In this document: in pieces, positions 57,489 through 64,000 of the stretch | How positions within the stretch are numbered: the stretch's first letter is position 1 | Layout: each line of letters starts with the position of its first letter | Origin: Candidatus Saccharimonadota bacterium | GTDB taxonomy: Bacteria > Patescibacteriota > Saccharimonadia > Saccharimonadales > AWTP1-31 | NCBI GenBank assembly: GCA_026395435.1 | Contig: JAPLYT010000011.1 | Coordinates: 74,363 to 138,362 of the forward strand | Reading direction: 5' to 3' | Length of the DNA stretch: 64,000 bases | The notes under the pieces: generated by a model | Told to the model about the DNA's origin: nothing | Database searches by the model: none | The model's input: only the letters and a program-made list of their open reading frames with translations | Program-made: the position numbers and the translations under genes

Positions 57489-58610
57489 CTAAGCTACAAT
57501 TGCCTCCCAAGGTAGATCTTTGTCTCCAAAATGTCCATACGCGCTGGTTGCTTGATAGATAGGTCGCCGTAAATCTAATGTAGACACAATTCCTTTAACC
57601 GAACAGTGGATGAGCTCTTCTGCGAATTTCTCTATGTCTTCCTGCGTTACGGTGCCAGTACCGTACACATCGATTGTTTTCATCAATGGCTCCGATTTAC
57701 CAATCACATATGCCAGCCCTACTTCACACTTTGTTGCAAGCCCTTTGGCGACAATGTTTTTAGCAATATATCGTGCAGCGTATGCTCCACTGCGATCAAC
57801 CTTACTTGGATCCTTTCCGCTGAAGGCTCCTCCGCCAACACGGGCATAACCACCGTAGGTATCGACGACAATCTTGCGTCCAGTCAATCCCGCATCACTC
57901 TCAGGCCCTGGAATGTGCCATAAACCCGTTCCGTTAACGATAAGTGCTTCTTTGCTAATATTGAGATCATACGATTCTAGAACAGGACTAATGACATGGT
58001 CGTAGATACCTTGTTTGACCTCAGTTTCAGTAGTATCTTCATCATGGGCGGTAGCGATAACGACTGTCTCAATGCCAACTGGCTTTCCGTCTTCGTATCG
58101 TACGGTGACCTGACTTTTACCATCAGGGCGGATATAGCTAAGGATATTTTTTTCACGAACTTCATCTAATCGTCTAGTGAGCGAATGAGCAATCGCTATT
58201 GGAAGCGGCATTAGTTCGGGTGTTTCATTTACCGCAAAGCCAAACATCATTCCTTGGTCACCCGCTCCATCATCATCATTTGTACCCTGGGCGATTTCAG
58301 GAGATTGCTGATGGATATGGTTTTCGAACTGAGATTCTTGAGAGAACCCCCAATCTGGATTAGTATAGCCAAGGATTTTGATTGTATCACGGGTAATTTT
58401 TTCAAAATCAACTTTTGCAGTAGTGTTGATTTCACCGTAAAGTTCAACTCTATTTGCCCCGGCAATTGTTTCTATACCTGTTCGAGCGTGTGGATCTTGG
58501 GCAAGAATCGCGTCTAAAATAGCGTCACTAATTCGGTCGGCAATCTTATCTGGATGCCCCGCACATACACTCTCACTTGTGAAAAATGTTTGATTTGTTG
58601 ATTTTGACAT
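57489..58610 (-). CDS. metK: S-adenosylmethionine synthase
   Basis: GHPDKIADRISDA, GAGDQGMMFG and GGGAFSGKDPSKVDRS. The start is set at MSKSTNQTFF (58610), preceded by AAAGGA. The ORF-track start at 58661 would lie inside the riboswitch. Confidence 0.95.
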   Translation of the reverse strand: MSKSTNQTFFTSESVCAGHPDKIADRISDAILDAILAQDPHARTGIETIAGANRVELYGEINTTAKVDFEKITRDTIKILGYTNPDWGFSQESQFENHIHQQSPEIAQGTNDDDGAGDQGMMFGFAVNETPELMPLPIAIAHSLTRRLDEVREKNILSYIRPDGKSQVTVRYEDGKPVGIETVVIATAHDEDTTETEVKQGIYDHVISPVLESYDLNISKEALIVNGTGLWHIPGPESDAGLTGRKIVVDTYGGYARVGGGAFSGKDPSKVDRSGAYAARYIAKNIVAKGLATKCEVGLAYVIGKSEPLMKTIDVYGTGTVTQEDIEKFAEELIHCSVKGIVSTLDLRRPIYQATSAYGHFGDKDLPWEAIVA

Positions 58611-58760
58611 AAAAATATCCTTTCGTGCCGCATAGCTCCGGAAAGGATGAAGAGTATTCATATCTTTCCGCCTTATGTGGCGGCTAGATGGAGCACCTTG
58701 TCCTTAGTGGGTAGGTTGCCGGCAGGTCGACGAGCTAGTTCTCTCGCTGCACTCTTTATA
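58611..58760 (-). promoter_or_regulatory. SAM riboswitch of the SAM-I clan (SAM-IV or SAM-I/IV-like) with SD-sequestering expression platform
   Basis: The minus-sense RNA reads AAGAGUGCAGCGAG...CUCGUCGACCUGCCGGCAACCUACC...GGUGCUCC. This includes the GCCGGCAACC and GGUGC core strings of SAM-I-clan aptamers. Downstream, AUCCUUUC can pair either with the SD GAAAGGAU or with the upstream GGAAAGAU. Confidence 0.6.
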
Positions 58761-58774
58761 TTTACGTTGTTAAC

Positions 58775-58808
58775 GTTTGGATAGTACCATAAGAAGTACT
58801 ATCCAAAC
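58775..58808 (-). terminator. 13-bp perfect hairpin just after the stop of ORF 58817..59089 (terminator-like, no clear U-tract)
   Basis: GTTTGGATAGTAC-N8-GTACTATCCAAAC. Confidence 0.4.
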
Positions 58809-58816
58809 AAATGAAT

Positions 58817-59089
58817 TTAGCGAAGTGCTGAAATATCGGAGTCAAATTGACTTGCGTTGAGGTCTTTCTCTACCGGTATAGCATCAACTGCTTTTTTTGC
58901 TTCTTTAACATCAGCTTTAGATTTTATGGTTGCTGGTGCTTTTTCAACAGTAGCTACACTCTGTGTGACAACTTCTGCTGTATTAGTTTTATTCATAACT
59001 TTAAAGCCAATACCTGCGATTGCAGCTATAACGACGATCGCTAGTATCGCAACTACATGGCTACTGCCTGATTGTTGTTTAGAATTCAT
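58817..59089 (-). CDS. Small membrane-anchored protein
   Basis: 90 aa with an N-terminal TM helix (VVAILAIVVIAAIAGIGF). The start overlaps the upstream stop (TAATG). Confidence 0.5.
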   Translation of the reverse strand: MNSKQQSGSSHVVAILAIVVIAAIAGIGFKVMNKTNTAEVVTQSVATVEKAPATIKSKADVKEAKKAVDAIPVEKDLNASQFDSDISALR

Positions 59090-59787
59090 TATTGCTTATC
59101 TCCTGTGGTAGTTTCTTTAAGGCCTTCAAGTGTGGTGTGAGCAGTAGCTACTGCTTTTCGGTAGGTCAATAGATCGGCACGAGCCTTTTCAGCTGCGGCT
59201 TTAAATGTAGCAACGTCAGTAGCAACGGTTCCGCTCTCGCAATTTACGGTTGTCTGGAGTGAGCTTAAAGCTTCGACAGAAGCAGCTGCAGTAGTCTTGG
59301 CTTCGGTAGCTGCCATGATAGCGGCATCGAGATCGGCATTTTCAATATTGTTCGCGATCTTATAGGCAACTAATTTGTCCAGGAAGTCTGATATCCGGTC
59401 ATAGTGCTTTTTGGCATTAGTGTTGAGGCGGACAATCTTAGTCTCAAGACCTTTTTTCTTTTCAGCACAACGCTTCTGGCGCTCTTCTGGCGTCTTTTTG
59501 GTTTCCGGCTTTTCGGTTTTGATCAGTTCTTTAGCTCGCTCTTTATTCTGTTCAATTAGGTTACTTTTCCTTGTCTCAACTTCTTTGGGTTTAACTTCAA
59601 CTTCTGGTGGATGTTCTACCTCAACCTCTGGAGATTTAGTAGCTTCACTACCTTGGGTTGCAGTAGTCTGTCCGCCACCGCCTGATCCATTTCCAGATCC
59701 TGTGCCCCGAGCTAACACCGCTGAAGTGGGCACTAAACTAAATAATACTGCTACTACCATGTACAGAACTTGTAATCGTTTATTCAT
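59089..59787 (-). CDS. Secreted helical/coiled-coil protein with Gly/Ser and EV-repeat linker
   Basis: Signal peptide (LYMVVAVLFSLVPTSAVLARG), a GSGNGSGGGG linker, PEVEVEHPPEVEVKPKEVE repeats and an Ala/Lys/Glu-rich helical C-terminus. Confidence 0.55.
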   Translation of the reverse strand: MNKRLQVLYMVVAVLFSLVPTSAVLARGTGSGNGSGGGGQTTATQGSEATKSPEVEVEHPPEVEVKPKEVETRKSNLIEQNKERAKELIKTEKPETKKTPEERQKRCAEKKKGLETKIVRLNTNAKKHYDRISDFLDKLVAYKIANNIENADLDAAIMAATEAKTTAAASVEALSSLQTTVNCESGTVATDVATFKAAAEKARADLLTYRKAVATAHTTLEGLKETTTGDKQ

Positions 59788-59879
59788 ATTGTTCCTTATT
59801 TACATAACCAGTATACCACTAAATAGGTGTGGCAAACTTGTGGTATATAACGTATAATCTATCTGTTAAACGCATATAT

Positions 59880-60042
59880 TGGGGATTGGCCAAGTGGAAT
59901 CGTCAAAGTGATCCATGGTTCCTTGATCGGGGTGAGAAATGCCAGTGGCATTTCGCAAGGGAGTCAACTCTTGCAAACTTGTTTGCATAGATGTTGCGAC
60001 GGGCTCGCCGAAGGTGAGTCGAATCCCAATTCGAACCCTTTT
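59880..60042 (+). pseudogene. tRNA-Gln-derived tRNA-like element with ~80-nt hairpin-rich insertion (pseudo-tRNA or unknown small RNA)
   Basis: The first 18 nt (TGGGGATTGGCCAAGTGG) are identical to the intact tRNA-Gln, and the next ~35 nt are a degenerate copy of its D/anticodon region. Three or four strong hairpins follow (GAAATGCC-AGT-GGCATTTC, GCAAGGG-AGTCAA-CTCTTGC, GCAAA-CTTG-TTTGC, GCGA-CGGGC-TCGC). A T-loop-like GGTGAGTCGAATCCC comes next, and the element ends in TCGAAT-CCCA-ATTCGA plus ACCCTTTT. I could not build a cloverleaf or an anticodon loop. Confidence 0.5.
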
Positions 60043-60063
60043 AGGTTATAATTATGTTGTTAG

Positions 60064-60137
60064 TGGGGATTGGCCAAGTGGTAAGGCAGAGGATTCTGGT
60101 TCCTCGATCGGGGGTTCGAATCCCTCATCCCCAGCCA
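60064..60137 (+). tRNA. tRNA-Gln (anticodon CUG), CCA encoded
   Basis: The manual fold gives acceptor TGGGGAT/ATCCCCA, a D arm GCCAAGTGGTAAGGC, anticodon stem GAGGA/TCCTC with loop TTCTGGT, a T arm GGGGG-TTCGAAT-CCCTC, discriminator G and CCA. It resembles E. coli tRNA-Gln closely. Confidence 0.9.
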
Positions 60138-60230
60138 TATAGAACGGAGGCCTGTTTCTAACTCGTTTTTCTCTCCGTCACCTCTGTTATTTACTGGTTT
60201 TGAAAAAGTTAGATTATCCAATTTTAAAGT

Positions 60231-60434
60231 GTGCATAATAGAATGCCTGTAATTCTGCACCAAGAAGATGAATCTGCTTGGCTTGCACCCTCGCATGATA
60301 ATGACCGAAGCGCCATAGAGGCCTTACTGCGTCCATACGAAGATAATGGTTTAGAAATGTTTGAGGTTAGCAGGGACGTGAATGTTGCAAGGACGAATGA
60401 TGAACATCTCATCTATCCCCTTAACAGTCAGTGA
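60231..60434 (+). pseudogene. C-terminal remnant of an SRAP (YedK-like, SOS response-associated peptidase) gene
   Basis: The 67-aa ORF reads RMPVILHQEDESAWL...LLRPYEDNGLEMFEVSRDVNVARTNDEHLIYPL, which matches only the last third of SRAP proteins. The N-terminal catalytic Cys region is absent, and an in-frame stop lies just upstream. Confidence 0.65.
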
Positions 60435-60553
60435 GTGTACCACCTCTGAGTGTGAATAAAGCCTGAAGGTGGAAAAGCCTAAGCCAGTACCCCCACAGCT
60501 ACTTGGATTATACACCCAGCCTGCCAATGAAATGCTACTACGATTAGCGCTTA

Positions 60554-61594
60554 TCAAATGCCGCTGGAAATGTTTTGTGCAGATTTAAGATTAGTAAATA
60601 TAGCCTGATAGTCTTTTAGCCGAGCATTGAATGAGTCAACAGCGCTATTGTATGCCGAAAGCTCACTGTTGTAGATATCAACATCTTTGTTAAAGATTGG
60701 TTCGTTAAGATTGTAGCCGTAAATATTCCCATTATAGGACGCTGAGTCCATATATTTCTTTACGCCTTTGGTGACCTCTAGAGTGTGGTTTAACTGTGTT
60801 CCAAGCCCATCAATTCGTGTCCTTTCCGCTGTAAGGCTTGATTCAATTTCAGAAATCGTTGATCTTACTTGTCTCTCTGCGTCAACATTATTCTGTCTAG
60901 ACGTAAAGTATTTTGAATAGTGTTCTTCTAGCTGAGAGTCCGAAATTGCTACTTCCGTACCAATAAGTGAGTGCAGTTCGTTATCTAGCGTGGCAACATC
61001 AACCTTATTATCTAAATATGGTTGAACCATGTCGTTGAAATCTTTATCGTCTATATTTGAGGTCTTCATGGACTCAACTTCTGAATTGATAGTAGTTTTT
61101 TCTGTGCTATCCATTTCTGAGTAAGCCTTATGAAGCATTTCATGCGCAGCCGAGATGTTCATAAGTCCAGAAATTCTGTCGTCTGGAATATTGAGAATGT
61201 AGATTTTATTATCAGTCTGTATGAAACAACCATATTCAATTATTTGGTCGCTGTCACCAGGACAGTGGTTTTGAATAGTTGGATAATCAACTATCTCAGG
61301 GTTTGTTGAGTAAAACAGCGCCTTACCATGTTGATTCATGCCACTTTGATCGGCCAACTGCTTTACTTTTTCTGGACCACTGTAGAATGCGACAGTAAAT
61401 TGATCATGAAACGCACTGGATATAGCAGGTACGACAATAAATAAAATCACTAATACAGAAAGGAAGATCTTAGTTTTTGATCGTTCCTTCTTGACCTTAG
61501 ATTCCTTGCGTTTTATATGTTTAGGGTGGTTTTTGGTTTCTTGTAGATCAGATTCTCCGAATAAGTCTTTTAGTTCCTCATTGACGTAAGTCAT
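60554..61594 (-). CDS. Membrane-anchored HExxH-motif protein with C-terminal coiled coil (paralog B)
   Basis: Lys-rich N-terminus, a TM helix (IFLSVLVILFIVVPAI), AAHEMLHKAY, and DNELHSLIGTEVA, LEEHYSKYF and YNSAVDSFNARL blocks colinear with ORF 3801..4781. Confidence 0.6.
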   Translation of the reverse strand: MTYVNEELKDLFGESDLQETKNHPKHIKRKESKVKKERSKTKIFLSVLVILFIVVPAISSAFHDQFTVAFYSGPEKVKQLADQSGMNQHGKALFYSTNPEIVDYPTIQNHCPGDSDQIIEYGCFIQTDNKIYILNIPDDRISGLMNISAAHEMLHKAYSEMDSTEKTTINSEVESMKTSNIDDKDFNDMVQPYLDNKVDVATLDNELHSLIGTEVAISDSQLEEHYSKYFTSRQNNVDAERQVRSTISEIESSLTAERTRIDGLGTQLNHTLEVTKGVKKYMDSASYNGNIYGYNLNEPIFNKDVDIYNSELSAYNSAVDSFNARLKDYQAIFTNLKSAQNISSGI

Positions 61595-61602
61595 AGCTTC
61601 GA

Positions 61603-61896
61603 TTAGTCGCGATCAACGCCAAATATCAGATCCATAACTGGCTGTATAAGAGGCGAGTTAATTGTTGTCAAGGTTGTAGAATAGAATACTTTGTTCTTGT
61701 TTGTGTATACAGTGGTTCTTCCCGCCGCTATCTTTGTATCACCATATTCTTCTATTGGAAGTACTTTTGTGCCTGTGAATCCCTTTTTGGACAGTTTTGA
61801 CGTTGATATAGTCAAGTCGCCAATTTTAAGCTCACCTGTGGTTTTAAGCTTACGTAAGCATTTTTCTAAGACCTTGGGTGCTATTAGGATACTCAC
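61603..61896 (-). CDS. Hypothetical 97-aa protein
   Basis: The ORF's stop lies 8 nt before the start of the HExxH paralog B gene. No motif I recognise. Confidence 0.4.
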   Translation of the reverse strand: MSILIAPKVLEKCLRKLKTTGELKIGDLTISTSKLSKKGFTGTKVLPIEEYGDTKIAAGRTTVYTNKNKVFYSTTLTTINSPLIQPVMDLIFGVDRD

Positions 61897-61919
61897 ACAT
61901 TTGTATACTTCGCTAAATA

Positions 61920-62195
61920 CTAAGTCAGCAGTCTTTTGTTGTTGCCCTTTGAAAAGTAGTGCATCGCCCGCGTGCCGACCGAATGAAATATATTTCCACC
62001 AAGATCAAAATCAAAACTGAAACTTGTAGAGTTTGCAACGGGTATGAAATACACACTGTTACTCTTATGAGTAAGAAGGTAACCATACCCTTCAATCTGA
62101 TCATATTCAATCTCTTCTCCGTTGATCACACAATGATCTGAGTAGAAATCATAAGATTTTCCGGGAGCATAAGGTACTGTTGCAATTTTTTTCAT
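61920..62195 (-). CDS. Hypothetical 91-aa protein
   Basis: ORF 23 nt upstream of the 97-aa ORF on the same strand. No motif I recognise. Confidence 0.4.
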   Translation of the reverse strand: MKKIATVPYAPGKSYDFYSDHCVINGEEIEYDQIEGYGYLLTHKSNSVYFIPVANSTSFSFDFDLGGNIFHSVGTRAMHYFSKGNNKRLLT

Positions 62196-62271
62196 AAGAT
62201 TATAATACTAATTGTATACCATTATATTACTTGTGTCTATTCAACTAATCTAATGAATAATAGTAATGTTT

Positions 62272-62688
62272 TCATTTAGAAATTTGACTGTAAAAAATAC
62301 GTTCTAAATCACCAACCTTAGCAGACCCTGGAAATCTAGCAATCTGTAGAAACATTGAAATAATACCCCAAAACAATGCGACTACTGCCAGTTTTATATT
62401 ATTATGAGCAAAAAAGTAAATAGACACACCTGGACAGGTGACCCACATTAATTTTTTCACAAAAACGCCATAATTTGCAATCGTAGCATTTACAATATAC
62501 TTACAAAATATAGTCCACACGAAGTTCAAGCTCATTACTATTAATATTGAGTGTAAGATACCAAATTTTAATAGTAAAAAAACTCCGATACCCATAGATA
62601 AGAATGCAGGCCACGATGACCACTCCATGGCTCTAAGTTGAACGAATCTCAGTATTTCATCTTCGCTATAACCCTTGAGTGTTAGCAT
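62272..62688 (-). CDS. Integral membrane protein (about 4 TM helices), unknown function
   Basis: 138 aa, strongly hydrophobic. First gene of the minus-strand four-gene cluster. Confidence 0.45.
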   Translation of the reverse strand: MLTLKGYSEDEILRFVQLRAMEWSSWPAFLSMGIGVFLLLKFGILHSILIVMSLNFVWTIFCKYIVNATIANYGVFVKKLMWVTCPGVSIYFFAHNNIKLAVVALFWGIISMFLQIARFPGSAKVGDLERIFYSQISK

Positions 62689-62794
62689 ACTAATATTATC
62701 CTTCTATTTCAGATTAATTCAATGTCAAATAGGTTATAGTTAGACTATAGCTTTGTTTGTTATGTAAGATATAGAAAAACAATGGAGAATCAAA

Positions 62795-63382
62795 TTGAGC
62801 TTACTTAGAAAAAAACATAAAACGGTTCATGTTACTCAATCTACGTTGGAGCTTGCAAATTTTATCAGTACTTCAGCGGCAAGCAGTATTAATGCCCATG
62901 AAGATGAACTCAAAAAGCAATTTGATGTTGATAATGTTAAGGGTTCCAATATGTTAATAGCTATTTACCTTGAGTACTTGAGTCTTTATGCGCATTTAGT
63001 AAATAGAACAGCTTTTAATAATTTGGGTGATGCCGGACGAAATAAGCTTTAAGATATTATATGGCCAGTTCTTATAGATAACGCAAACAATAGTTATTTT
63101 GAAGGTGATTTAACAGATTCTACCAAAGCAATTAAAATGCAACTAAATGTTGCGGATGAAATTTACGGCCATTGTAGTGAACTAACTCCTCCACCTGAAA
63201 GCCCGTTACTTAAAGACGCAATGAGTAACATGATTGCTACTCGCATAGATGGTATTTTATATGAAAGTGATGATAGCATCGTTGATTTGAATATATTAGA
63301 AACTGGAATCTTATGCAGCGGACAAATTATACGATTTCTAACTGAATTGAAAGAAGCAGATTTTATTGACCTTAAGAAGTAA
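62795..63382 (+). pseudogene. Hypothetical ORF interrupted by a single in-frame TAA (62795..63052 and 63053..63382 share one frame)
   Basis: TTG start 7 nt after GGAG. The frame is open on both sides of the TAA at 63050..63052, including the 84 AT-rich nt before the next ATG (63137). Confidence 0.3.
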
Positions 63383-63396
63383 CAAAAGGGGGTACA

Positions 63397-64000
63397 TTGT
63401 TAGTCCTTGAAGAAAAGTTGACGTGGATATCAAGCCATAATAATGTCTCCGTTGACGTTTTTATGAACGTTAGAGTTCATCAGCTAGACTCGGACACCGT
63501 AGTTATTATCCTGCCCGGCGTAGATGGCTCAGTGGATGGATATCAGGATAAATACATACGAATGGCAGAAAAAATAGTTATGAATCAACAGAAGGCCGTT
63601 GTGAGAGTTTCAAATGACTTCATTACATCATTTCATTGGGAAGATAACTTTAGACAAGCAATCGACTATGTAAATAACAATTCTCAAAAGCTATTCAATA
63701 AAGATCGAGTGAACATTGAAGTTATTTCACACTCAGCCGGTGCTTCTGTGGCAGCCTGGTTGGCATGGGAATACCCAAACATTACGCAACTAGTCCTTAT
63801 TAACACTGCTGCTAAACTTCAACCCGAACGTATACTAGGTGGACTCGGAAAATACAAGAATAAAGCCCAGCTGGTGTATGGCAGCGAAGATCCGTCAATT
63901 GATTTCATACAAGAGTTACCAAGTACATTTGAAGTACATACTGTTCAGAACGCTGACCTCTATTTTTCCGGTGATCACTTAGAGACATTCATTAACCTAG
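63397..64000 (+). CDS. Alpha/beta-hydrolase-fold protein (3' end beyond window)
   Basis: This is my own translation; the ORF is absent from the supplied track because it runs off the window. The frame is open from 63376 to 64000. There is a TTG at 63397, 4 nt after AAAGGGGG (alternative ATG at 63463), a nucleophile elbow VISHSAGASV, and VVIILPGVDGS near the N-terminus. Confidence 0.55.
   Translation, partial: MLVLEEKLTWISSHNNVSVDVFMNVRVHQLDSDTVVIILPGVDGSVDGYQDKYIRMAEKIVMNQQKAVVRVSNDFITSFHWEDNFRQAIDYVNNNSQKLFNKDRVNIEVISHSAGASVAAWLAWEYPNITQLVLINTAAKLQPERILGGLGKYKNKAQLVYGSEDPSIDFIQELPSTFEVHTVQNADLYFSGDHLETFINL

Larger units (their letters stand above)
60138..64000. mobile_element. Putative accessory/genomic-island segment flanking tRNA-Gln (right end beyond window, no integrase seen)
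   Basis: The region is visibly more AT-rich than the core (hand count 21/60 G+C at 62401..62460 versus 32/60 at 5581..5640). It holds only hypothetical genes, a truncated SRAP gene and a broken ORF, and it abuts a tRNA. Confidence 0.3.

Noticed and set aside
59880-60042. The tRNA-like element as a tmRNA, or as a tRNA with a group I or BHB intron
   Set aside because: At 163 nt it is too short for a one-piece tmRNA or a group I intron. No acceptor-stem partner (ATCCCCA) or CCA end is present. I found no tag reading frame or resume-codon context, and the D and anticodon regions cannot be folded even after removing the insert. The minus-strand GGGATTCGAC resemblance to a tmRNA 5' end lacks any matching 3' tRNA-like half.
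1-64000. Alternative genetic code or stop-codon reassignment, considered because the lineage may be CPR and two ORFs carry an in-frame TAA
   Set aside because: All three stop codons end well-conserved genes at their expected lengths: TGA for gatA, TAA for clpC and nusA, TAG for the PBP, pepN and radA. Conserved genes contain no internal stops, so the standard code 11 fits.
1-64000. CRISPR arrays, rRNA genes, IS elements, integrases, prophage structural genes
   Set aside because: I saw no regularly spaced repeats and no rRNA-like conserved strings. No transposase, integrase, capsid or terminase-like ORFs appear in the six-frame track.

Overview
This is a densely coding 64 kb stretch of bacterial chromosome, with most genes on the minus strand and many start/stop overlaps. 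The content is mainly housekeeping: a PBP (5' partial), radA, clpC, nusA, pepN, rplS, malic enzyme, a PilB/GspE-type ATPase, dnaE, galU, gatC-gatA-X-gatB, uvrB, trxB/nrdH-like, an ABC exporter, pheST, rmuC, a ZIP transporter and metK. There is also a sugar-phosphate block: class II aldolase, PfkB kinase, split transketolase, rpe, rpiB, gap and ppa. The split transketolase, gatCAB, an orphan pilus-type ATPase, many small membrane or secreted hypotheticals and almost no biosynthesis suggest a reduced-genome Patescibacteria/CPR organism, possibly Saccharibacteria-like. That assignment is inference only. I found one intact tRNA (Gln-CUG) and no rRNA, CRISPR array, transposase or integrase. Non-coding calls are a near-perfect CIRCE operator upstream of clpC, a SAM-I-clan riboswitch with an SD-sequestering platform upstream of metK, several intrinsic terminators (one inside a long nusA leader), and a repeated hairpin motif flanking nusA with compensatory base-pair changes. 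The main leads are: (1) a translationally coupled FtsK/HerA-type ATPase plus a 238-aa unknown, with a divergent hydrolase-like gene; (2) a decayed tRNA-Gln twin carrying a hairpin-rich insertion, in tandem with the intact tRNA-Gln; (3) an AT-rich accessory region downstream of that tRNA, with a truncated SRAP gene and a four-gene unknown operon; (4) a two-member family of membrane-anchored HEMLH/coiled-coil proteins; (5) a LOG-like gene coupled to a 412-aa unknown beside the pentose-phosphate/glycolysis block; (6) two ORFs each broken by a single in-frame TAA. Functional assignments rest on motifs I read in the translations. No database search was run.
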